Shown in pieces: positions 43,017 to 50,874 of a DNA stretch of 50,874 nucleotides. A program made the translations under genes and the position numbers. Positions within the stretch are counted from its first letter, which is position 1. Each line of letters begins with the position of its first letter. The stretch is from a bacterium. Lineage in GTDB: Bacteria > Patescibacteriota > Patescibacteriia > Patescibacteriales > GWC2-42-12. The DNA is taken from the NCBI GenBank assembly GCA_030650415.1, contig JAUSEG010000006.1:1-50874 (forward strand), written 5' to 3'. The notes under the pieces were generated by a model. The model did not search any database. It saw only the letters and a program-made list of their open reading frames with translations, and was not told the DNA's origin.

Positions 43017-44321
43017 ATGACTAAAGAACAAATAAAAAAGAAAGTCTTGGCGTTTAATGATTGGGAATTTTGGTTTAATCGCCCGTTCGGCGCTTTTTTA
43101 ATGTCTTGCTTTAAGGGTGGGCAGAGTAGGAAATATATGAGAAACGCCGGTGTTGATGTCGAGTGGCCGGCAATTTTATTCCAGAATAGTGCCTGGTTTA
43201 AAAGCGAAAAAGTTTGGAATATTTTTGAGGCAGAACTTAAAAAATATGGAAAAGACAAGGTGTTTGAAGTTGTAAAATATTGTGAAAACTATGCCAAGCC
43301 GGCGGAAAAACGGATTATAAGGATTAGCAAAATATCAGCCAGTCCTAAAGAAAAACTATTAGAACTCTATGATATTTTTACCCAAGTCGCGAGTTTTATT
43401 TGGCTGGCGCATGGCATGGAGCATCTTTATAATAAAATTTTGCATGAAGAAGCGCCGAAATATATGACCGGTGACGTGGAAAAGAATATCGGCGATATAA
43501 GTTTTCCTAAAAAGAAAAACGCGAATTTTTATTTTGAACAAGTTTTAAAGAGCAATCTATCTTTAGAAAAAGTTAGGCAGAGGTTCGGCTGGATTAAGGC
43601 GCGAGGTGGATTCGCGGATGGGTTTAGTATCAAAGAGCTGGCCGTGGAACGCAATCGCCTTAAAGCCGAGTCTAAAAAAGATAAAAAATTTGTTCGCCCG
43701 AGAATTCATCCGAAATTAAAAGATTTAGCGGCTATCGCGCAAGAATTGGTCTATTTTCGGACTCTGCGAACCGATATTCTTTTTGAGCTAATGTGGATCG
43801 CCAGGCCGGTTTTAACCGAGATCGCCAAGTCTTTTGGTCTAACCTTTAAAGAACTTCAAGACTACAGTATTTTTGATTTAGTAAAGGGCGAGTTAGAAAA
43901 ATATGAGTATGAAAAATTTTCCGCCATTTCATATGGTAAGGAGCTAGCGCTACTTCATGAGCCGATTTTTTTTGAGAAAGCGCGAGTAGGTAGAGCTGAG
44001 CTTAAAGGTGCGGTCGCTTTTGAAGGTGTTGTTTCCGGAATCGTTAAAGTTGTTATGACCGCACAGGAAATCGAAAAAGTAAATATGGGCGACATCCTGG
44101 TCGCACCGACGACCGCTCCATCTTTTATCTTCGGCATGAGAAAAGCTGCGGCTTTCGTTACCGACGAAGGCGGGATCACCTCTCACGCGGCGATAGTTGC
44201 CCGTGAAATGAAAAAACCTTGTATCATCGGCACGAAGATTGCTACTAAGGTTTTTAAAGATGGCGACTTAGTCGAAGTGGATGCAAACAAGGGTATTGTA
44301 AAAATAATCAATCCAAGATGA
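43017..44321 (+). CDS. PEP-utilising-enzyme swivel (phospho-His) domain protein lacking an obvious ATP-grasp, paralog 1
   Basis: The C-terminus is GDILVAPTTAPSFIFGMRKAAAFVTDEGGITSHAAIVAREMKKPCIIG. The N-terminal ~320 aa are helical and unassigned. Confidence 0.75.
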   Translation: MTKEQIKKKVLAFNDWEFWFNRPFGAFLMSCFKGGQSRKYMRNAGVDVEWPAILFQNSAWFKSEKVWNIFEAELKKYGKDKVFEVVKYCENYAKPAEKRIIRISKISASPKEKLLELYDIFTQVASFIWLAHGMEHLYNKILHEEAPKYMTGDVEKNIGDISFPKKKNANFYFEQVLKSNLSLEKVRQRFGWIKARGGFADGFSIKELAVERNRLKAESKKDKKFVRPRIHPKLKDLAAIAQELVYFRTLRTDILFELMWIARPVLTEIAKSFGLTFKELQDYSIFDLVKGELEKYEYEKFSAISYGKELALLHEPIFFEKARVGRAELKGAVAFEGVVSGIVKVVMTAQEIEKVNMGDILVAPTTAPSFIFGMRKAAAFVTDEGGITSHAAIVAREMKKPCIIGTKIATKVFKDGDLVEVDANKGIVKIINPR

Positions 44322-45775
44322 ATGTCAAACAGCTAGAGAAAAAATTATCCGGATATAAATTTTTACCCGAAGGAGGCAGGGCATGTTTTTTTTATCCGCA
44401 TTATGAAATTATCAGGCAGATGAGCAAACCTGGATTTCCATGGTCAGCAAATTATAAAGAAATTGATACCTCTTTCGGGTCATACAGCAAGAACCATATT
44501 GTTGAGTGGTATTTTATTTCCAGCGACGAGAAGCATTACATTAATTTTATTGAACGCTACATAAAAAATCCCAAACTTTTAGAAGATTTGAAAAAATATG
44601 CCGATGATCTAAAAAATAAAATAACAAAATTGGTTGATAAAGATTTTTTTAAACGTTCAAACGAGGATTTGGGAAATATTCTTTCCGAATATTACGATTT
44701 ATATCAAGAGCTTTTTAAAGGATCGGTAACCTTGCGCACTCTTGATCGGGGAATCGTTATGAGCGTGCGCCAGCGACACCCGGAAGAAAAAGCCGATGAA
44801 ATTTTAAGGAACATAACCATCAGTGACAAGCCGACGGTTTCCCTTAAAGAGGAACTCGACGTTTTAAATTTAGCCTTGAAACTTAATAAAGAACATAAAA
44901 CAATCGAATCTCTAAGGGGAAAGCTAGGAATAAAAAAATTGCTGAAAAAATACGCGTGGAGTATTCTTGGCTATTACAAAGAGCAGCCAAATACCGAAGG
45001 AACCTTTGAAAAAAGAGTTTCTGACTTAATGAAAGAAAATCCTGAAGTCTTGTTAAACAATTTACAAGAACGGATTGCGGAGGACAGAATTAAGAGAGAT
45101 AAATTATTAATGGGGCTATCTTCCGAGGAAAAAAAGATTGCTTTTATTGCTTCGGAAACGCCGTATCTTAAAGATTATGTTAAGTCTAAAATTAATGAAG
45201 CGCAATATTATGCCGAACCCCTGTTTATTGAAATTGCTAAGCGGATCAAAAAATCTCTCGAATATATTAAAGATTTGATGATTGAGGAGGTAAAAAGATT
45301 GCTCGCCGGCGGCTCGGTTGATGATTCTATTATTAAGGAAAGAACAAAAGAAAATTTTATAATTTCGCTTAATGGCGAAGTATTTGTTCTAGTCGGGAGC
45401 GATGCCGGTTATATTAATAATAAATGCGTTGGCGATACTTTCAATGCAGATTCTGAAGAATTTAAAGGACGGGTGGCTTCTCTCGGCTATGCCAAGGGTC
45501 TCGTAAAAGTAGTATATGATGTAGGTGATTTCCATAAAGTTCAAGCCGGTGATATCTTGGTGGTAATAAACACCAGCCCGGATTTTATTCCGGTTATTCG
45601 CAAAGCCGGAGCGATTGTGGCGGAAGAGGGCGGTCTAACGGCGCATGTCTCTGTTGTTTCTCGTGAGTTTGGCGTGCCGTGCATCGTCGGAGTTAAAGGC
45701 GCTACGAGTTTGCTGAAGGATGGTGATTTGGTGGAAGTGAACGCGAATAAGGGGATTGTCAGAAAAATAAAATAA
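44318..45775 (+). CDS. PEP-utilising-enzyme swivel domain protein, paralog 2
   Basis: The C-terminus is GDILVVINTSPDFIPVIRKAGAIVAEEGGLTAHVSVVSREFGVPCIVG. The start overlaps the paralog 1 stop (ATGA). Confidence 0.75.
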   Translation: MNVKQLEKKLSGYKFLPEGGRACFFYPHYEIIRQMSKPGFPWSANYKEIDTSFGSYSKNHIVEWYFISSDEKHYINFIERYIKNPKLLEDLKKYADDLKNKITKLVDKDFFKRSNEDLGNILSEYYDLYQELFKGSVTLRTLDRGIVMSVRQRHPEEKADEILRNITISDKPTVSLKEELDVLNLALKLNKEHKTIESLRGKLGIKKLLKKYAWSILGYYKEQPNTEGTFEKRVSDLMKENPEVLLNNLQERIAEDRIKRDKLLMGLSSEEKKIAFIASETPYLKDYVKSKINEAQYYAEPLFIEIAKRIKKSLEYIKDLMIEEVKRLLAGGSVDDSIIKERTKENFIISLNGEVFVLVGSDAGYINNKCVGDTFNADSEEFKGRVASLGYAKGLVKVVYDVGDFHKVQAGDILVVINTSPDFIPVIRKAGAIVAEEGGLTAHVSVVSREFGVPCIVGVKGATSLLKDGDLVEVNANKGIVRKIK

Positions 45776-45783
45776 AAGCTATA

Positions 45784-46932
45784 ATGGAGCTGTATAAAAA
45801 TTATAATTTTTATAAATTTATGAATGAATCAAAAATAGAGCAAGGTTCAGCTAACAGCGATAATGAGCAAGCCATGGTTGCTAAGTTTGAAAGAATGGGT
45901 ATTAAAAATGTAGTCAGCGTTTTTAGGGTTGAGAATGAAAAATCGTTAGACGGAAAGGAAATTAAAGCTGAAATATTTTGGGTAAAATTTAAGAAACCAG
46001 AAGGCCAGGAATTTTCTGATTTATCCGAGGTCGAGGGCAAAATATATTTACCGGTGGAGCCAAGCGGAGAATTAATCCTGTTTACTCCGGGGTTTCCCGG
46101 CGGCAACGCCGGAAGATTTGAACAACTTTACGCGGAAGATTTTACCGACGCCGGTTATGCTTTTTTTACTGTTCGGCACAACGGCACATCTTTGACTAAT
46201 GGCGCAACCTCTCTGGAAATTTTGAATTCAGCCAAAAGAATGGAAATCGCGCAGAAACAAGGTGAGCACCATATCGGCGGCACCAGGCCGGAAGGCTATA
46301 GCCCGTTTGATATAATTAATGAATCAATCACGCCATTGATGGCCTTACAGAATAAATATGAAAAAATTCATTTGATGGGGCAATCAATGGGCGTGGCGGC
46401 GAGTTATAATGCCATAAGAAGAACACAAGGGCATCCTGAAGTTCAGAATAAAATTGGCAATGTGGTAGGAATATCCGGTTATGTGGGTAAAGAACATGAG
46501 GGCGCGACCTGGGATACTATGAATATGCCCATGGCCGATTTAACCGAGTATGAATATGGCTATGTTAAAAAAGTGGACGCCAACATAGTGCCTAAAGAGC
46601 AATTTCAAGCCGAAATGGCAAAAGTTGCTGAAGCAAACAAGGCTCTAAAAATTCCCGGGCATATAGGCAATGTTTTGGTTTATACACCGAAAGATCCATT
46701 GGTTGCCGGGCCGGATAAATCTAAAAAAGATTACGCCTTAAATTATGGCCCCGTATCCGCTAAAAAAATTATTATTGAAGACGAAACTAATCTTGCAGAT
46801 AAAAAGCCCCATTCCATGTTATGGATTTCGCCAGAGAATTTATTAAGAGCCGTGAAAGCCAAGGTTTCAAGCCATGGGCCGCATTTTGTAAAAGTTCCAA
46901 GAGCTAAAGACGGATTAATAGAAAGGGGTTAA
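45784..46932 (+). CDS. Alpha/beta hydrolase
   Basis: GQSMG is the nucleophile elbow, in HLMGQSMGVAAS. The upstream block is TPGFPGG. Confidence 0.65.
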   Translation: MELYKNYNFYKFMNESKIEQGSANSDNEQAMVAKFERMGIKNVVSVFRVENEKSLDGKEIKAEIFWVKFKKPEGQEFSDLSEVEGKIYLPVEPSGELILFTPGFPGGNAGRFEQLYAEDFTDAGYAFFTVRHNGTSLTNGATSLEILNSAKRMEIAQKQGEHHIGGTRPEGYSPFDIINESITPLMALQNKYEKIHLMGQSMGVAASYNAIRRTQGHPEVQNKIGNVVGISGYVGKEHEGATWDTMNMPMADLTEYEYGYVKKVDANIVPKEQFQAEMAKVAEANKALKIPGHIGNVLVYTPKDPLVAGPDKSKKDYALNYGPVSAKKIIIEDETNLADKKPHSMLWISPENLLRAVKAKVSSHGPHFVKVPRAKDGLIERG

Positions 46933-46934
46933 TT

Positions 46935-47702
46935 ATGATAAAAAAATATTTCATTCCAAGCGACAAAAATAAAATTTATTTAGAGTTGAATTATCCTAAG
47001 AATATTAAGTTGCCGGCCTCGGCGGTAGTTATAGCGCACGGCTTAAGATCGTATTATCCGGGTTTTTTAGATATATTCGCGAAAGCCATCAGGCAGGCCG
47101 GATATATTTCAGTCAAGTTTCATTATGTAGGCACAGGGAAAAGCAGTGGTAAATTTGAGCACAAGAGTACGACCACGATGTTAAAAAATTATAAAGATAT
47201 TCTGAATTTCTTAAAGAAGCATGCTGACATAAAGAATTTAGGCATAATGGCTCGCAGTAATTCAGCAAATTTGGCTACCTTGGCTGGACCTGATCCCAGA
47301 ATTAAAGCCTACGTTTTTTTAGCTCCACCCGCGTTTTATTCCCTAAATATGGGAAAATTCGTTACCGAATCAAAGATCAAGAGCAATTATTTTTATCATA
47401 AATCTTTTAAACGACCCCATACTAATGGCCCGGGACGGTTGCCGCTCGGCTACATGAGAAATTTAAAAAAATACGATCAGCCACTACTTAAAAATATTTC
47501 TAAGATGAAACCGGTGATATTTTTTCAAAGTACCGAGGACGAGGCAGTGCCGATAGCCGAAGGCCATTATGATTATTGGCTGAAACATCTGCCCAATCCG
47601 AAAAAGATGGTTTTAATCAAGGGCGGAAATCATAGTTATAAAGGACATAAGAAATATGTTATAGATACAGGCGTTAGATGGTTAAGGAAGTATTTAAAGT
47701 AA
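46935..47702 (+). CDS. Alpha/beta hydrolase (dienelactone-hydrolase-like), atypical elbow
   Basis: VVIAHGLRSYYPGFLDIFAKAIRQAGYISVKFHYVGTGKSSG is present. The elbow reads ARSNS instead of GxSxG. Confidence 0.55.
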   Translation: MIKKYFIPSDKNKIYLELNYPKNIKLPASAVVIAHGLRSYYPGFLDIFAKAIRQAGYISVKFHYVGTGKSSGKFEHKSTTTMLKNYKDILNFLKKHADIKNLGIMARSNSANLATLAGPDPRIKAYVFLAPPAFYSLNMGKFVTESKIKSNYFYHKSFKRPHTNGPGRLPLGYMRNLKKYDQPLLKNISKMKPVIFFQSTEDEAVPIAEGHYDYWLKHLPNPKKMVLIKGGNHSYKGHKKYVIDTGVRWLRKYLK

Positions 47703-47715
47703 TTAAAATAATCAA

Positions 47716-49176
47716 ATGAAAAACAACGAACTCGAAAATTTAAAAAATAAAGATTTAACCTATTTCGGCTATCGAATAGAGCCGTATTTTGTATCCTATT
47801 TACTTATTTCCGGCATGCAAAATGAAGAAAAATCTTTAGAAATTTTTGGTTTTGGCGAGACGGTAAGGTGGCTGCAACTAAATAATTACTTATACCAATT
47901 TACTTCCGATCTTTTAAAAGTTGAGAAGGCGGTGAAAAGTAAATTAGGAAAAAACGCCAACCAATACGCAGATTATCTGATTGGAAAATGCCTTAGTTCC
48001 GGAGAAAAATTGCGTGAAGAATCAATCAGCTTTGGAAAAATGGCCGATCGTCCGATAAATAAGAAAGAAATGTCGGAAGCTCTTTCGGATTATGTTAAAG
48101 TGGTTTTAGATTACACGATTTTTTATCAAATAACCTTCTTTGAGGGAGCGGTAATGCAGATAGCCGAGAAAGTTATTGAAAACAATACTAAAACAAAAGA
48201 GGAAGCCGAAGAATTTTTTAGCCTAATATCTATTGCCGACAGTTTAACGGCAGCCGAACATGAGCAGGATGATTTTCTTCGCTTAGCCGCTCTGCCGAAA
48301 AATGAGCAGAAAAAAATGGCCGGGGAGCATGCTAAAAAATATGGCTGGCTGTCCGTAAGATATTTTATCGGCGATTCTTGGACAAAGGATGAAGTGTTAA
48401 AACGTTTAGAGACGGTTGATAAGCAACAGGCTAAAAAAGAGCTGGCTGGCAGGTTGGCTCATCGCCGGGAAGGAGAAAAAAAGATCGCTAGAGCCATTAA
48501 AGATTTTAGCCATGATGACAAGCAGACAATAAAACAGATTAGAAAAATTATTTATTTAAGAACCCAGAGGGGAGATTTTTTTCATGAATCAGCAGCTCTC
48601 ATAAGACCTCTTTTGAATTTGATTGCTAAAGAATTAGATGTTAATTATTTAGGTTTAATTAATTCATCAGCCCCGGAGATTGTGCTCGCGCTTGGCGGTA
48701 ATTTAGATTATAAAAAACATATTAGAAATCGTTTAGATAATTTTTTAATATACTACGACCGGTCCGATAAAACCGTGATTTTAGAAGGGGAAGAAGTTGA
48801 AAGTTATTTAACGACTCATCGGTTTCTACGGATGGAGACGGAAAATATTTCCGAGTTTTCAGGGAAAATAGGCTATAAAGGCAAACTAAGAGGAGTCGTA
48901 AAAGTGGTTAAAGCCAACGATGATATGATAAAGGTTCAAAGGGGAGATATTATTGTTACCCCTATGACTACTGCGAATTTACTGCCGGCCATGGAAAGGG
49001 CTTCGGCGTTTATAACCGATGAAGGCGGCATAACTTCCCACGCCGCAATTATTGCCAGGGAGATGAGAAAGCCTTGCATCATCGGCACGAAAATTGCTAC
49101 TAAAGTTTTGAAAGATGGAGATATGGTAGAAGTGGATGCGGATAGGGGATTCGTGAAGATATTAAAAAGAAAATAA
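47716..49176 (+). CDS. PEP-utilising-enzyme swivel domain protein, paralog 3
   Basis: The C-terminus is GDIIVTPMTTANLLPAMERASAFITDEGGITSHAAIIAREMRKPCIIG. Confidence 0.75.
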   Translation: MKNNELENLKNKDLTYFGYRIEPYFVSYLLISGMQNEEKSLEIFGFGETVRWLQLNNYLYQFTSDLLKVEKAVKSKLGKNANQYADYLIGKCLSSGEKLREESISFGKMADRPINKKEMSEALSDYVKVVLDYTIFYQITFFEGAVMQIAEKVIENNTKTKEEAEEFFSLISIADSLTAAEHEQDDFLRLAALPKNEQKKMAGEHAKKYGWLSVRYFIGDSWTKDEVLKRLETVDKQQAKKELAGRLAHRREGEKKIARAIKDFSHDDKQTIKQIRKIIYLRTQRGDFFHESAALIRPLLNLIAKELDVNYLGLINSSAPEIVLALGGNLDYKKHIRNRLDNFLIYYDRSDKTVILEGEEVESYLTTHRFLRMETENISEFSGKIGYKGKLRGVVKVVKANDDMIKVQRGDIIVTPMTTANLLPAMERASAFITDEGGITSHAAIIAREMRKPCIIGTKIATKVLKDGDMVEVDADRGFVKILKRK

Positions 49177-49204
49177 AATCTATAGTTTTTTTACTAAGGA
49201 AGTG

Positions 49205-49230
49205 GATTGCGGATCAAGTCCGCAATGACA
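49205..49230. repeat. Half-size member of the ...GCAATGACA palindromic family
   Basis: The sequence is GATTGCGGATCAAGTCCGCAATGACA. Confidence 0.6.
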
Positions 49231-49254
49231 ATAATAAAAATGAAGTTTTAAGTA

Positions 49255-49291
49255 TAAAAAGAGGGGTCTTAGCTTAATTGCTTCGACCCCT
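49255..49291 (-). terminator. Intrinsic terminator for the minus-strand gene 49311-49850
   Basis: The AGGGGTC/GACCCCT stem at 49262-49291 is followed on the minus strand by a T5 run. Confidence 0.55.
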
Positions 49292-49310
49292 TGAAGTTTG
49301 TTTGCGGAAA

Positions 49311-49850
49311 TTAGACGGTTCCGGCTTCCGCGACACCTGTCGCTTTGACTTCCTGGATTTCCAGGTTGTCGAGCGTGAGCGTGCCGGTGATGCCTTGGCA
49401 GTAGATATTGATGCGGTAAACCGCGGCTGACTTGGCGTCTTTCACGCCGAGCGAGATCATCGCGGGGCGGCCGGCGCAGATGACGGCGTTGTCGGGGGCG
49501 GTTTTGAGAACCGCCAGCATCGCGGCAGTGCGATCATCCCCGACAGGGAAGTTTTCCAATGGCACGGTCATACCGTCAGCCAGTATGACCATGTCTTTGC
49601 CCTGGATTTTTTCGAGGGATTCCGGTCCGCCGACTGATGGCGTCCAAATCGTTGGCAAATAGTTAAAACCCAGAGCCTTACGCACATTCTCATGGCGCTT
49701 GCCGGCGCCGCAGATGATGAGTGGAAGAATGGCCGGAAGTAACGGTCGGAGCAAACTGATCTGATCGTACCCTTCTACGGTCATGCCAGGATTAGTTCCT
49801 TTGTGCTTGTCACCGTGGCAAACTACATACACTGTGGTTTTCATGCTCAT
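49311..49850 (-). CDS. Hypothetical protein (179 aa), G+C-rich
   Basis: Track ORF. A GAAGGA Shine-Dalgarno-like site precedes the ATG. The composition is clearly atypical for the window. VYVVCHGDK only loosely recalls the histidine-phosphatase RHG motif, so no family is called. Confidence 0.55.
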   Translation of the reverse strand: MSMKTTVYVVCHGDKHKGTNPGMTVEGYDQISLLRPLLPAILPLIICGAGKRHENVRKALGFNYLPTIWTPSVGGPESLEKIQGKDMVILADGMTVPLENFPVGDDRTAAMLAVLKTAPDNAVICAGRPAMISLGVKDAKSAAVYRINIYCQGITGTLTLDNLEIQEVKATGVAEAGTV

Positions 49851-50124
49851 GATTTGTCCTTCGTTTGGTTTTTTGGTTTGTTTGTTGACTTAACTAAATG
49901 CTGAATTAAAGGTTATAAGTTTACAGCCCTTAATTCAGCATTTAGCGCCTAACTTTAAAGAACAAACTGACTTATTATGATAGCATAAATTTTATTAAAT
50001 GTCAATAGTTAGCGGTAATGGGAAATGTTTTTGTCTATGATTTTAGCTAATTTTAAGATAAATAAACTGCCCTTGCTTCACTTTATAATTATAGATGCTA
50101 TAATTCAGTTAAGAGAACAAAGCT

Positions 50125-50664
50125 ATGAATAAATATAAAAATAATTTTGCCTATATTGACGGGAATAACCTTTATCAAGGCGTGAAAAATTCAGGTTGGA
50201 AAATAGATTTCCGCCGTTTTAGGCAGTGGTTGTCGGATAAATACGGCATCAAACGCGCTTATTATTTTATTGGTTTAATTCCCAAAGAAAAAGATTTATA
50301 CGCGTCACTCGCTAAAGCGGGGTTTACTTTAATTTTTAAAGAAGTAACTTATGATAGGGCTGGTAAGCCGAAGGGTAACTGCGACACCGATTTGGTTCTA
50401 CAATCAGCGATTGATTTTTTTAAAAAAAATTGTGAAGGGCAGGTTCTAGTAACAAGCGACGGAGATTACGCGTGTTTGGCGAAATTTTTGAAAGACGGAA
50501 ATAAATTAATGGCGATTTTGTCGCCTTATCAAAAAGATAAGTGCTCTATTTTTTTAAAAAGAATTAATATTTCAATAATCTATTTAAGAGATATAAAAAG
50601 AAAAATCAACTTAAATAAAAAAGCCCCCAGTAAGGACGGAACCTTAAAGGGGTCTTTTTCGTGA
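50125..50664 (+). CDS. NYN/LabA-like domain protein
   Basis: FAYIDGNNLYQG...CDTDLVLQSAIDF...VLVTSDGDYACL is present. An extended -10 TGCTATAAT lies upstream at about 50096-50104. Confidence 0.75.
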   Translation: MNKYKNNFAYIDGNNLYQGVKNSGWKIDFRRFRQWLSDKYGIKRAYYFIGLIPKEKDLYASLAKAGFTLIFKEVTYDRAGKPKGNCDTDLVLQSAIDFFKKNCEGQVLVTSDGDYACLAKFLKDGNKLMAILSPYQKDKCSIFLKRINISIIYLRDIKRKINLNKKAPSKDGTLKGSFS

Positions 50665-50732
50665 GAATTCTATATTAATCTTAGCAGGTTTTTAATAAAA
50701 GTCAAGAAAAATGACAAAAATAGCTAGTAGTA

Positions 50733-50816
50733 GATAATAAATTCACCCTGCGCTCCCTGGCGCAGGGAACCTCTTAAGAGGGTGCAGGGGGATATCCCCC
50801 TGCGCGCGTAAGCGCA
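50733..50816 (+). repeat. 35-nt hairpin repeat, copy 2, followed by overlapping G+C-rich hairpins
   Basis: GATAATAAATTCACCCTGCGCTCCCTGGCGCAGGG lies at 50733-50767. It is followed by CCTCTTAAGAGG, GCAGGGGG-ATAT-CCCCCTGC and CTGCGC-GCGTAA-GCGCAG. Confidence 0.75.
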
Positions 50817-50874
50817 GATTTGGAATGTGGTACAATCAGGTTATGACTAGAACAGACATAACGCATGACCAATG

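Noticed and set aside
1-50874. Alternative genetic code (UGA recoding, as in some CPR lineages)
   Set aside because: Long genes such as the 1831-aa A2M-like ORF, pheT and typA are intact under the standard code. UGA also acts as a stop in coupled gene pairs, for example ATGA at 14162-14165 and 44318-44321.
50843-50874. Partial plus-strand CDS at the right edge (ATGACTAGAACAGACATAACGCATGACCAATG)
   Set aside because: Only about 10 codons are visible. The TGGTACAAT promoter-like box upstream is suggestive, but the sequence is too short to support a call.

Overview
Low-GC, gene-dense bacterial sequence using the standard genetic code. Small housekeeping genes, short aaRS forms and membrane-anchored giant surface proteins suggest a Patescibacteria/CPR-type genome; that placement is inference. 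The window has two parts.

(A) 1-17.1 kb is accessory DNA:
- A partial plasmid/phage-like integrative element with a large serine recombinase, an iteron-type origin, a wHTH Rep-like gene and a ~660-nt G+C-rich, ORF-free, heavily structured block.
- A HaeIII-like R-M-Vsr module.
- A complete SAM-I riboswitch driving genes of unknown function.
- A 1.5-kb ORF-poor stretch full of promoter-like sites, hairpins and terminators.
- A roughly 5-kb set of decayed defence genes: frameshifted radC fused to a truncated N4/N6 methylase, a nuclease cassette, an MvaI/BcnI endonuclease tail, a McrC-like fragment and a NYN gene with an in-frame stop.

(B) 17.2-50.9 kb is mostly core:
- An 1831-aa alpha-2-macroglobulin-like protein without a thioester, carrying a 129-aa Hint/intein-like domain in the bait-region position, translationally coupled to a Memo-like gene.
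- pheST; an SGNH hydrolase, acyltransferase-3 and murJ; two C39-like peptidases; a G+C-rich pyrC; typA; mscL; rsmI; metG; cvpA.
- A RhuM-Fic gene followed by three paralogous proteins that carry only the PEP-utilising swivel (phospho-His) domain, interleaved with two alpha/beta hydrolases.
- A NYN gene.

A family of TGTCATTGCGAG/ATTCCCGC palindromic elements fills intergenic spacers, and a related palindromic sequence appears to sit in-frame inside rsmI. No rRNA, tRNA or CRISPR array was recognised. All family assignments come from motifs read by eye, with no database search.
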